IMG/VR virus record: IMGVR_UViG_3300043781_000069
Coordinates: 445-64,444 of that record
Source: a virus
Taxonomy: Duplodnaviria; Caudoviricetes
DNA: 64,000 bases
Direction: 5' to 3' (one strand)
Numbering within the stretch: the stretch's first letter is position 1; each line of letters opens with the position of its first letter. This document shows positions 1 to 9,380 of this stretch, piece after piece. The translations under genes and the position numbers were made by a program. The notes beneath the pieces are model-generated. The model saw only the letters and a program-made list of their open reading frames with translations. It did no database searches and was not told the origin of the DNA.

Positions 1-686
1 TTCTAAAGCAAACAAGAGATATTTCAGTTTTTGCAGATTGCTAGTTTTCACCCAAACAGATGGAACAATGCGGCTAAAGGTCAGCAAGAATGTTAAAACA
101 ACTAGAATCACAATCACTAAGAGATTGAATCCATCACGCCAGCTGGCAATTGCGAAAGGATTACCACAACCACAACGCTTCAATAAGTACATGATTGCTA
201 AAAAGTAAACAATCGCACCGAGCAAGCCAGTTCTGACAAAAGACAATTCAACTGGAGCGATGTTTAAAGACAGGTTGTAAAACTTTAACGGCAAGATAGC
301 ACATTGAAAAAGCCAAATCACAATCAACAAGCGCCGAAGATTATTGGTTTCTTGGCCAGCATAAAAATGCAGCAATGGGAAAAAGCTGGCAACAAAAATG
401 GCTGCTAAGATGCAAAATAAAAGCGGCTGTAAAACATGCAGTTTTAAAACATAGCCAGTTAATGTGCCCCAACTCAGAATTAATGCGAATGGCTGCGTCA
501 ATAGCGATTCAAAAGCTTGATCTTTTCACTGTTATTTCCATTGAGAATAACCAATCCAAGCATCATCGAGATTACTAAGCTAGCGCTAAACTTTGGCCAC
601 TGAAAATTTAAGAGGCTGATAAACAGCAAAATTGCTACAACTATGGTTTGCCAATTATGCCATTTCAGCCAGATTTTTTCATTCAT
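1..686 (-). pseudogene. Multi-pass membrane protein, probably CPBP/CAAX (Abi) intramembrane protease family; frameshifted near 500 and running off the window
   Basis: 62-aa hydrophobic ORF 498-686 continues in another frame (LLTQPFALILSWG...KYLLFALE) with no stop to position 1; catalytic EE motif would lie outside the window. Confidence 0.5.
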
Positions 687-837
687 GATCTTTTCCTACT
701 AAATATCCTTCCCAAATTATCAACTCATGTTAAAAGTATTATATCAAATTGCTATCGATATAATAGATAATATATTGCAATTAGATAGCAAAGCGCTTCA
801 GAAGCTGATAAAATTAATGAAACGAAGGAGAACCAAA

Positions 838-1149
838 ATGTCCATCACAGAAAAAAAGAAAACTGCTAGCGTATTTACTAGAGTTTCACCAGAACTAAAA
901 GAGCAGGCTGAGGCAGTGCTTAATCAATTACAAATACCAATGTCAACGGCGTTAAACATGTTTTTAGAACAAATAGTCATCCAACAGGGCATTCCATTTG
1001 ACATCAAACTACATCATCCCACTGTCGATTATCGCTATCTTCCGCAAGAACAATTTGATAGCAAGATTGCAGAAGGATTGGCAGATATTCAAGCCGGCCG
1101 AGCTTATACCGCTAGCCAAATTCGAGATGAGTTCAATAAGAAAAGCTAA
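838..1149 (+). CDS. RelB/DinJ-family antitoxin
   Basis: AAGGAG RBS before ATG 838; RVSPELKEQAEAVL..IPMSTALNMFLEQI..QGIPF ribbon-helix-helix signature. Confidence 0.85.
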   Translation: MSITEKKKTASVFTRVSPELKEQAEAVLNQLQIPMSTALNMFLEQIVIQQGIPFDIKLHHPTVDYRYLPQEQFDSKIAEGLADIQAGRAYTASQIRDEFNKKS

Positions 1150-1152
1150 ACC

Positions 1153-1488
1153 ATGAATGGCAATTGGAAAACAATTTATTCTAAGCATGCCAGATTAGAC
1201 TTACACGAAATAGATAATTATATTAGAAATATTTTACTGGCCGAAAATGCTTCCACAAATACAATTGACGCTATTTTAAAAGAGATTGACGACCTTACTT
1301 TCTGGCCTCAGAAGCACCAACTATTCTCAACTCAGCCTTGACATGATTTAGGAATAAGATACGTTCCTGTCAAGCATTACACAATTTTCTATAAAGTAGA
1401 TGCTGAGACTCATACGGTGCAAATTATACGAATTTTGTAAGGCCGACAAGATAGCATTAATGCTTTGGTTTACCACTTTGATCATTAA
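1153..1488 (+). pseudogene. RelE/ParE-family toxin with two in-frame stop codons
   Basis: YSKHARLDLHEIDNYI N-terminus; same frame continues QP*HDLGIRYVPVKHYTIFYKVD..VQIIRIL*GRQD to TAA 1488. Confidence 0.8.
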
Positions 1489-1527
1489 AAAAAATCCTAG
1501 TTACCTACATCAGGAACTAGGATTTTT
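1487..1527. terminator. Bidirectional intrinsic terminator
   Basis: AAAATCCTAGTT...AACTAGGATTTT inverted repeat between convergent genes. Confidence 0.65.
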
Positions 1528-1536
1528 GCTTTTGAA

Positions 1537-2214
1537 TCATCCCAGCTGCAGCAAGTCGATCACCTTGCGCAGCTCTTTTTTGCGGGAATATTCATTATAC
1601 GCACTCACCGCTTCAATAACTCTGCGTTCCAATTTGCTTTCTTCGGCTGACTGTTCGTCCAGCTGAAACCCCATTTCGTCCGCAAAATCTTGCTTAAATT
1701 TTTCCCAGTCCGACTTTTCAGAATTAAGCGGCGACTTCGAAGCCTCCACCAACTCATTTTTCTCAGCTTGCAAATCTTCCTGCTCAATCCCGTATTCGGA
1801 GGCTTCGTACATAATATCGATGAGCAAATCTTCCAAATAGTACAGCGTTAAATCGGTTTCGGCTACCCAGTAACCTAAAATTTCGGACTGTTCGATCAGA
1901 TCATAGGCATATGGCAATGCTTGCTCGCCCTTGCTCTTCAGTTCATTTAAATAAACCAGCGCCGACGTTTCACTGCCCACGCCATCTTCAATATAACGGT
2001 GCACAAAAAAGATGCCTTGCTCTTTGCCCTGCTTAATTGGCAAAGTCTTCAGCCGCTGCAGATAATACTTCATCACGGAAAAAGCTGCGCTTTTGGCTTC
2101 GACGACATCCATGTCATCATCGCAATCAATCAAATCAATTGGATGTTTATCGTAGTAATCATCAATCAATTCGCCCTCATCAAAATCATTAAGCACTTCC
2201 TGAACTGTTCTCAT
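1537..2214 (-). CDS. Acidic hypothetical protein
   Basis: 225-aa ORF with GAGGT RBS; no motif recognised. Confidence 0.7.
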   Translation of the reverse strand: MRTVQEVLNDFDEGELIDDYYDKHPIDLIDCDDDMDVVEAKSAAFSVMKYYLQRLKTLPIKQGKEQGIFFVHRYIEDGVGSETSALVYLNELKSKGEQALPYAYDLIEQSEILGYWVAETDLTLYYLEDLLIDIMYEASEYGIEQEDLQAEKNELVEASKSPLNSEKSDWEKFKQDFADEMGFQLDEQSAEESKLERRVIEAVSAYNEYSRKKELRKVIDLLQLG

Positions 2215-2380
2215 AGCGGCACCTCTTTCTTCATAGCGTTAATAGTTAAACCCAGTGTAACAGAAACGTTTATTAAATAGTGACAAATCATTCAGAAAAT
2301 AAAAAGCCGCATAACTGTTAGAGTTACACCTAACAATTATGCGATATTTGACAACCATATGCTGGCAGTATTTTTAGATA

Positions 2381-2941
2381 TTAATCTGCATTTTCAACAG
2401 CTACAGTGATTAAAGCATCCCGTTGCATATATTTAATCGCTTTTAAAGCATATTCATGAGCTTCTTGACTAGAACCAGCCACTGCATCTGTCACAACTTT
2501 AACAAAGTAATTATTCTGGTGAGCATCCACCGCTGTGTAATGAATGCATACACCGGTTAACCCGCCAATTAAATAAAGAGTATCGACATGAAGACATTTT
2601 AAGAGCAGCTCTAAATCAGTTGCAAAGAAAGCACTGTAACGTCTCTTAATGATGCGATATTCTCCTTCAATCGGATAGGTCAGCTTAGCATAATCGGTAT
2701 CTGGGTTGCTGTCCAGACAATGTACATCTTCAGCACCATCAAGCTCACGTCCAAAATCAACCATATTAGCACGATGAACTTCTTTCACCTGAATTACTGG
2801 CAGTTTCTTTGCTCTAAAAACGTCTAAAACTCTTTTGGCATTGTGAATCGTGGTCCAACGGGGATCATTTTTATCCAAGTTGTTGAAATCTTCTTGTTGA
2901 ATGTCAATCACTAGCAACGCACTGTTTTTCTCAATCTTCAT
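2381..2941 (-). CDS. Isochorismatase-family cysteine hydrolase
   Basis: ALLVIDIQ, KRRYSAFFATDL, catalytic C in VCIHYTAVDA. Confidence 0.9.
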   Translation of the reverse strand: MKIEKNSALLVIDIQQEDFNNLDKNDPRWTTIHNAKRVLDVFRAKKLPVIQVKEVHRANMVDFGRELDGAEDVHCLDSNPDTDYAKLTYPIEGEYRIIKRRYSAFFATDLELLLKCLHVDTLYLIGGLTGVCIHYTAVDAHQNNYFVKVVTDAVAGSSQEAHEYALKAIKYMQRDALITVAVENAD

Positions 2942-3103
2942 TTTGAATATCCTTTCTGATTATCGCTTACAAAACCAAAACGGATATCAATCTCGATCAA
3001 AATTTACTCCTAAGCCTTCTTCCAGTTTCATATTCCTCTCCGAATTAATAATCACGCAAAACTAAAGACACTAAATTCATAATATCAAAAACAGATCTAA
3101 CTA

Positions 3104-3414
3104 TTAAATTTGCTCTTTAATTTCCTTTAATTTTGTGATCGCGTCGGTCAAATCTAATTCCGTTAGAAAAGGGACAATTTTATCGAGCAGTTCATCTGGA
3201 AAATCCCACCAGCTAATTTCCTCTAATGCTGAAATTGTTGCATCATCAAATCTTGCCCTGATTAGTTTGGCCGGATTTCCTCCAACAATCGTGTACGGCG
3301 CAACATTTTTTGTAACAACGGCTTGCGCTCCAATAATGCCCCATCACCAATCGTGACTCCCGGCATGATGGTTGCCTTTCGCCCAATCCAAACATCATTG
3401 CCAATGGCTGTGTC
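3104..3414 (-). pseudogene. 3' fragment of Vat/CatB-like hexapeptide-repeat acetyltransferase
   Basis: DTAIGNDVWIG..IMPGVTIGDGA then, after a frameshift, VVTKNVAPYTIVGGNPAKLIRARFDD..WWD; 5' part missing. Confidence 0.8.
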
Positions 3415-3897
3415 TACGATGATCAGCAACAAGTTGTTCAAATCCACCAGCGCAAACTCGATGCTTTAGAAGATCTAATCGAAGCCGCAAATGGCAAGCC
3501 CGTGCTAGTCGCTTACTGGTTCAAGCATGACCTTGTGCAGATTAAACAACGTTTCACGGTTCGAGAGATTAAAACACCTAAAGATATTCAAGACTGGAAC
3601 GCTGGCAGAATTCCACTCGCACTGATCCATCCGGCTTCTGCGGGTCACGGGCTCAACCTTCAAGCTGGTGGCGCCACTTTAATTTGGTATGGACTAACCT
3701 GGAGCTTGGAGCTTTACCAGCAAACCAATGCCCGGCTCTGGAGGCAGGGTCAGCAACAGCCCGTGGTGATCCACCACATCATCACCAAAGACACAATTGA
3801 TGAGAACATTTTGGACGCCTTGAAGCACAAGGATAAAACGCAGCTAGCATTGATCAACGCGGTGAGGGCTAACTTGAGAGGAAGTGTTGTGGCATGA
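3400..3897 (+). pseudogene. C-terminal fragment of phage SNF2-family helicase
   Basis: HPASAGHGLNLQAGG..QQTNARLWRQGQ; homologous to 29948-30446. Confidence 0.85.
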
Positions 3898-4361
3898 GTA
3901 TCATGTGGAATTACCTAGATAAACGAAGAGCTACCGTTGCAGCTTTGAAAGACTACGATGGTATGAAGTTCATCATTGACTCTTATCAGGATGGTTTGAA
4001 GCTGGCTAAGGAACAGATGATAGGCATCAATTCACCACAGTACGTTTTTGCTCCCGGCGGCACCAACAAAGATAACCCCACTGAGCACCGCTTGCTTCAT
4101 GGCATCAATCAGACGGCTAAGCTGAATGAACGCTACCGGCAAGCCCAGCTCTACTTCAAATGGTTTGAACCGGCCTGGCAGGAACTGTCTGAAGATGAAC
4201 GCTTTATCCTGGACGTTTGCTACCGGGCTCCGCACCAATCAATGAACGAAGGATTGACAATCATAATGGATAAATATTTCATTGCTAAGACAACAGCTTA
4301 CAATCGCAAGAACAAGTCCCTCGATCACTTAACTCTGCTCCTCTATGGCACCCACCACTAA
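3894..4361 (+). CDS. RinA/ArpU-like late transcriptional activator
   Basis: Position between helicase and HNH; C-terminal LSEDERFIL..KTTAYNRKNK HTH-like segment; paralogue at 30443-30910. Confidence 0.65.
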   Translation: MSIMWNYLDKRRATVAALKDYDGMKFIIDSYQDGLKLAKEQMIGINSPQYVFAPGGTNKDNPTEHRLLHGINQTAKLNERYRQAQLYFKWFEPAWQELSEDERFILDVCYRAPHQSMNEGLTIIMDKYFIAKTTAYNRKNKSLDHLTLLLYGTHH

Positions 4362-4507
4362 AAAGGTAAAACGGAGAACAAATAGAAACCTTATTCATGT
4401 TACGATGATAGTGTAGAAAATTAAGACAAGGCATTTGCTTTATAAGACTTAAGCCTGGCAGGCTACCCTGCTTGGCTTTTCTTATGCCTGTGGAAAGGAG
4501 GAGTGCC

Positions 4508-4885
4508 ATGCCTTACTCACCCAAGAAACCGTGCCGTTACCCCGGCTGCCCGCGACTGACTCACAACACTTACTGTGACATCCACGCTAGGCAAGTCAGC
4601 TCTTACTACAATCAATACCAACGACCAAAGCGCAACCGACCACGTTATCATCATGGCTGGCCTAGGATCAGGAAGCGATACCTGCTTCACCATCCCTTCT
4701 GTGAGATGTGTCTGAGCCAGGGCAGATATACCCAAGCTACCGAGGTTCATCATGTTTTACCGCTCGAACACGGTGGCACCAACGACTTCAAGAACCTAAT
4801 GGCGTCATGCAAGCCATGTCACTCCCGTATCACAGCGCAGATGGATGATCTCTGGCATCAAAAACCACGTCAATATCATTATTAG
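4508..4885 (+). CDS. Packaging-associated HNH endonuclease
   Basis: CEMC..VHHVLPLEHGGTN..NLMASCKPCH; GGAGG RBS before ATG 4508. Confidence 0.9.
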   Translation: MPYSPKKPCRYPGCPRLTHNTYCDIHARQVSSYYNQYQRPKRNRPRYHHGWPRIRKRYLLHHPFCEMCLSQGRYTQATEVHHVLPLEHGGTNDFKNLMASCKPCHSRITAQMDDLWHQKPRQYHY

Positions 4886-4889
4886 ACTA

Positions 4890-4985
4890 CGGAGGGGGCC
4901 ATTAAATCCTTAAAAATTTTGCGCGCGGGAGCGGGGCTGGGCATTCGTGTACAAAAAATCGAAATCAAACGGGGTATTAACCCCT
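4890..4985. other. Putative cos region (element 1)
   Basis: GC-rich spacer GGAGGGGGCC..GCGCGGGAGCGGG between HNH and terS, conserved at 31441-31535. Confidence 0.5.
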
Positions 4986-5004
4986 GCCGGAAGGAGGGAA
5001 AGAT

Positions 5005-5547
5005 TTGGCTAAAGATGGTGCAAATCGTGGTGGCGCTCGAGTCGGGGCTGGTCGTAAATCTAAATCACTACACGATAAGCTCGAAGCCGGTCAAGAAGCA
5101 ACCGTCATCGACCTGCCAACGCAAACCGATCTTGAAGGTCACGTGATGCCGCCAGTCAAAAAGTACCTGAAAGCCAAGCAGAAAAATGGTTTAGAGTTTG
5201 ACGCTGCCGATATCTTCAAAGAAACCTGGGAATGGTTGGTTGAACGGGGTTGTGAGAAATTGGTTAATACTCAGCTAATCGAACAATATGCAGTCAGTGT
5301 TAGTCGGTGGATTCAGTGTGAAGAATGTATCTCTAAGTTTGGTTTTCTTGCTCGCCACCCTACCACCGGCAATGCTATCGCTCCTCCATATGTTTCTATG
5401 AGCCGTGATTACATGAAGCAATCAAGCCAGTTATGGTTTCAGATTTTTCAAGTAGTTAAGGAAAACAACGCAACTGCCTATCAGGGATCTACCCCACAAG
5501 ATGATGTCATGGAGCGGCTCTTAAGAAGCCGGAAAGGGATGAACTAA
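5005..5547 (+). CDS. terS: Terminase small subunit (P27-like family)
   Basis: RGGARVGAGRK N-terminus, HPTTGNAI.PYV motif, position after HNH. Confidence 0.8.
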   Translation: MAKDGANRGGARVGAGRKSKSLHDKLEAGQEATVIDLPTQTDLEGHVMPPVKKYLKAKQKNGLEFDAADIFKETWEWLVERGCEKLVNTQLIEQYAVSVSRWIQCEECISKFGFLARHPTTGNAIAPPYVSMSRDYMKQSSQLWFQIFQVVKENNATAYQGSTPQDDVMERLLRSRKGMN

Positions 5548-5615
5548 AAAATCCTCCAATTATGGAGGACTCTTTATTTATGAAACTTCTTTGAACTATT
5601 TTGATTTGGAAAAAG

Positions 5616-5921
5616 TCAATCATGTGACCCTACTCGAACACCGACTGCAACTAACTCATTATGTTCAATATACCAAACTACTAATACATCATTAGTATCA
5701 TCTGGCTTTTGCCCTTTAGGTGTATCACGAACATGAAACTCGCGATAACCCGACAAACGACGCTTAAGTGGATGGCCATTGTATTCAGGCGACAATTTGC
5801 CTGTTTCTAAAATTTCATCAATGGCATCCTTGACTTCATCAATAATTGACGGATCTAATCGACCAAGTCTTTTCAGATCAGCATTAAAGGTCGCTCGAGG
5901 TCTAAATCTAAGTTTTGCCAT
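5616..5921 (-). CDS. YafQ/RelE-family mRNA interferase toxin
   Basis: YNGHPLK..GYREFHV..DVLVVW..RVGSH. Confidence 0.85.
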   Translation of the reverse strand: MAKLRFRPRATFNADLKRLGRLDPSIIDEVKDAIDEILETGKLSPEYNGHPLKRRLSGYREFHVRDTPKGQKPDDTNDVLVVWYIEHNELVAVGVRVGSHD

Positions 5922-6199
5922 TATTTAAACTGCCCCCAATAGTCATCATTAGATTCAACAATTGGATCATCTGGTAAAACATGCCGCTGAATTAATTGAT
6001 CACGAGCTACAGCATAATCTAAAGAGTCTTCTTTAGCCTGCAATGCTTTTTCCATCCAATACAGTTTATCTTGAGATAAAACTGCAACAGAACGACTATT
6101 AGATCTTGCTACATAAACAACCTCATCATCGTCATTAACTTGGTCTAGGTACTTCTTAATGTGAGCTCTAAAATCACTTTGAGTTAATGCTAAAGTCAT
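5921..6199 (-). CDS. Phd/YefM-family antitoxin
   Basis: QSDFRAHIKKYLDQVNDDDEVVYVAR; GGAGGTG RBS; stop overlaps toxin start. Confidence 0.85.
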   Translation of the reverse strand: MTLALTQSDFRAHIKKYLDQVNDDDEVVYVARSNSRSVAVLSQDKLYWMEKALQAKEDSLDYAVARDQLIQRHVLPDDPIVESNDDYWGQFK

Positions 6200-6288
6200 T
6201 TTATTCACCTCCTTGTACTTAATATTGTACTAAATCTTGTTAAATAATCAATTATTACATATCCAGAAAGAGTGATTTTTATGAAAAT

Positions 6289-7305
6289 CCTGAATTGTCA
6301 ACTCAAGTGCAACATGGCTATGAAGCTAAACATTGATGGAAACACTGTTGAGCGGTGTGGTAGTGAAGAAGCTTGCGGGGTTTAGTGTTGATAGCTTGGA
6401 CTGCTTGGTGGAGGTAGAGAAGGGATTGCTTGATGGGCTGTCCCTTAGGGTAGAATTGGCGAAGCAGTCCATTATTGTTTTCATTGCTTCCGCGTTCCCA
6501 AGGCGAGTACGGGTGGGCAAAGTAAATCTTGGCATGCCTAATTTTGGCCAGCTTGGAGAATTCAGCACCGTTATCAAAGGTAATCGAGTTAAACCAAGTT
6601 AATCACCTTCTGAAGCTCCTGACGACAGGTCTCTGCTTGGTAATTGGGAATCTTAATGACAATCTCAAAGCGCGTTAAGCGTTCTGTGAGAGTCATCAGG
6701 GCCGGCTGATTCTTACGCCGAACTCCCTTGACTAAATCGCCCTCCCAATCAAAGGGGTGCTGGCGCTGGTTAATCTCCAGCGGACGTTTTTCAATTGAGA
6801 CTCCCAGCCGCTTCACTGCTTGCCGCGAGTGAGAACGATGGTGCCTTTTTAGGTGTCGACTTAGCTTCTGTGGTAAATCAAGGTTCTTAATGGTTAATCG
6901 TCCCTGGTCAATATAACGGTAAACGGTTGGCGTTGACGGGCAAAACTGGTCAGGGAACTTTAACTTAAACTGACCGATAAACTCGTCCACACTTATCGCG
7001 TTAAATTGACATTTAAACTGCTTGGTTAGGAGCTTAAAGAAGAAATGACCCCGTTTAAGCTCACGGCCAATCGTTGACCGATGACAGTGAAGCTTTCTGG
7101 CGATCGCGGCATTAGACCAGTTCAGATCATGGAGGGCCTCGATCTGTCCACGCTGCTCACTGGTCAGTTGATGGTAATGACGAGGAATGTTAGAATCAAT
7201 TTGAGTCATGAAGATCACCTTTCTTATTTTTTGAGTCAATTTAAGTTTAGGTCTTCATGGCCTTTTTGTTTAATTTATGATGTTGCACTTAGATTGTAAA
7301 TCCGG
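6289..7305 (-). mobile_element. IS30-family insertion sequence (defective)
   Basis: Imperfect terminal IRs ending AAGTGCAACA (6289-6314) / TGTTGCACTT (7281-7305) flanking the transposase. Confidence 0.85.
6326..7209 (-). pseudogene. IS30 transposase, frameshifted near 6590 and apparently internally deleted
   Basis: YHQLTSEQRGQIE..HRSTIGRELKR HTH; DWEGDLV..LTERLTR DDE region; C-terminus in another frame. Confidence 0.85.
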
Positions 7306-7488
7306 CGTCATATGAAAAACTGTGCGCTTGAATTATTTAGGGTTGCATACAGCGAATTAAAGTGTTAAAGTTAGTTAAGTTAACATATACGGAAGTTATA
7401 AGTATCATTCATCTTTGCTATCTATTATTTTCTTAGATGTTAATTCAATTTGGTTACTTTGGTTTGATTCCTAGGAGGATATATATAT

Positions 7489-7689
7489 ATGCAAAATGGT
7501 ACTGTAAAATGGTTTAATGCTGATAAGGGCTTTGGGTTTATCGCTGGTTCAGATGGTAAAGATGTATTCGTACACTTTTCATCAATTAAAACTAACGGTT
7601 TTAAGAGTCTTGAGGAAGGGCAAAAAGTTAGTTACGATGTTGAACAAGGCGATCGAGGACCTCAAGCGACTAATGTTGTTCCACAATAA
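7489..7689 (+). CDS. cspA: Cold-shock protein (CspA family)
   Basis: [29 protein letters not shown]. Confidence 0.95.
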   Translation: MQNGTVKWFNADKGFGFIAGSDGKDVFVHFSSIKTNGFKSLEEGQKVSYDVEQGDRGPQATNVVPQ

Positions 7690-7705
7690 TTTGTCTAATA
7701 TTATG

Positions 7706-7737
7706 AAGAACTGCTTTTGATGGAGCAGTTCTTTTTT
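7706..7737 (+). terminator. Intrinsic terminator of csp gene
   Basis: AAGAACTGCT...AGCAGTTCTT plus T-run. Confidence 0.75.
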
Positions 7738-7739
7738 AT

Positions 7740-8200
7740 GGCTCTTCGTCAAGAAGTACTGATAGAAAAATTTGAATAACTTTTCAAACAGCTCGTGTCT
7801 GAGATTGGACATGAGCTGTTCTTTTATTCTTCCAGTTGATGGCAAAGTATGAGTTAGGAAGGGCAAGCAGGATTGGCGCCCGAAAATTAAAGAAGTTACG
7901 AAAGCCATAAGCAGTTCGTTTAATAACTTTGATCTTATTGTTAGTTCCTTCGACTGGACCATTAGTGTAGTCACCATATTTAAAGCTGGTGATAATCTCT
8001 TTACGATGCCTCCGGAGAGTCCGTTGAACTTTTTGAAGTGATTGGGGAAGCTGGGTCCATTTAATCGCGAGTAAATGATTGAGTTCATCCTTACTACGAT
8101 GATTGATCGCGAGAATAAGGTCCTGATAATAACGATAAGCTTGTTTAAGATCATCATTGAAAGCCAGTAAGCGTTGAATAACTTCAACGTCGGTCAACTG
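7740..8200 (-). mobile_element. ISL3-family remnant (transposase C-terminus and one end)
   Basis: YTNGPVEGTNNKIKVIKRTAYGFRNF motif in ORF 7784-8197; GGCTCTT terminus at 7740. Confidence 0.85.
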
Positions 8201-8649
8201 AGTATACTCTATTGTAGCAGACTATTGAAAACGTTTACTTATTTTTGCTGATTATTCCAACTTTAAATCGGCTTGACTGACCATAGTATCAACCTTCGAT
8301 TCATGGATTGAATATTCAGTTGAAATTTGTGATAAATGCTGATTAACATTTATTTCTTGCATAGCTGATTTATCCTTAAAAAAGGATAATTTTTGTCATA
8401 CACGTCGAGTATACAACTCTCCTGCGAATTTTCGATATTTTAACCGAATTAGCATACATTCAATATTATTTTCGTTAACTCACTCCTTGGTACCAAACTT
8501 ACCGATTCGTACATACCACAAACGCTACCATATCAAGGCTCACTTCTACTTTCACTACTCTAATCAACACAATCTGCCAAACTGGACATTCGCACACTCG
8601 ACTATCGAAATAGGACATAGAACACTCGACCCGCTAGTCCTCAATAGAA

Positions 8650-8729
8650 AAAGTGTACTAATTCCAATCAATAAAACGGGAATTAGTACACTTTCAATCT
8701 ATCATGAATGCCATCACACCGGCATTCAT
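8650..8729 (-). terminator. Twin hairpins downstream of rlmD-like 3' fragment
   Basis: AAAGTGTACTAATTCC/GGAATTAGTACACTTT (16-bp perfect stem) and ATGAATGCC/GGCATTCAT; degenerate copy at 47433-47515. Confidence 0.65.
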
Positions 8730-8732
8730 ACG

Positions 8733-8803
8733 CTATTTTTCTGTACGTTCGAGGACCGTTACGCTCTCAACATGCCACGAGCTTAATTGATTAATTACAC
8801 ATT
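8733..8803 (-). other. att junction 1: replacement 3' end of rlmD/rumA-type RNA methyltransferase gene plus element arm
   Basis: 8780-8733 reads SWHVESVTVLERTEK*, the HVE catalytic tail of TrmA/RlmD proteins; repeated at 47517-47587. Confidence 0.8.
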
Positions 8804-8981
8804 CTTGCTGAACCGCTTTATTCGGTAGCTTTTGTTATTTACAATGAATTAGCACAGTTATTAACTCGGGAACACAATGCCGGATTTCAGCTAAAATTCG
8901 ACATGAATTGTAGAGCTCAAATTCTAGTGGTTTGTGGGAACAAGCAAGTATCAAAAAATGGATTAGGTAATTTGTGGAAAA

Positions 8982-9380
8982 CTAGATTCCCATTTGATGC
9001 TTTATGATTTGTGTAATCACCCCAGCTGCTACATTAGAAACTAATGTCAGCGAAACACTAGAAAATTTGGACAAAATATTTTTAGTGTCTTTCCACACTC
9101 CGTCATCTCTGATGTTATCTAAGAATTTATGACCTTCATAAGTTAAGTTCCCTGGAGAAATAATAACAGGTTGATTATTTCCCCATTGTACATCACCAGT
9201 AATGTATTTTGCCTCCTTTAATTTCATCACTGTATAGGCAATTTGATTTCTATCATATTCACCATAATTACTAAGATTAGCTAACAGCTCATCTTCCAGA
9301 GGCCCTGTTATATTTTTACTTGACTCAATTGAAAGCATTGTATATCTCACCAAATCATGATTTAACTTCAAATTATTCAC
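8982..9380 (-). CDS. DUF2513-like protein
   Basis: KLNHDLVR..LTYEGHKFLDNIRDDGVWKDTK. Confidence 0.8.
   Translation of the reverse strand: MNNLKLNHDLVRYTMLSIESSKNITGPLEDELLANLSNYGEYDRNQIAYTVMKLKEAKYITGDVQWGNNQPVIISPGNLTYEGHKFLDNIRDDGVWKDTKNILSKFSSVSLTLVSNVAAGVITQIIKHQMGI

Larger units (their letters stand above)
3400..8780. mobile_element. Element 1: internally deleted remnant of the phage-like element family (left end undefined, may extend further left)
   Basis: SNF2 3' end, activator, HNH and terS colinear with 29948-32096; right end at rlmD-like fragment 8733-8780. Confidence 0.65.

Noticed and set aside
3104-3447. Functional streptogramin/chloramphenicol acetyltransferase resistance gene
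   Set aside because: Only the 3' half remains and it is frameshifted; the 3262-3447 ORF is a chimera with antisense helicase sequence.
7582-8187. 201-aa minus-strand ORF
   Set aside because: Alternative frame of the ISL3 remnant, overlapping the csp gene antisense; no motifs.
8584-8630. Short direct repeat GGACAT..ACACTCGAC x2
   Set aside because: Only two imperfect copies and absent at the second att junction; no supportable function.
8487-8786. 99-aa ORF (and 47383-47589) spanning the att repeats
   Set aside because: Plus-strand peptides are poorly conserved between the two copies, whereas the minus-strand frame shows only synonymous changes.
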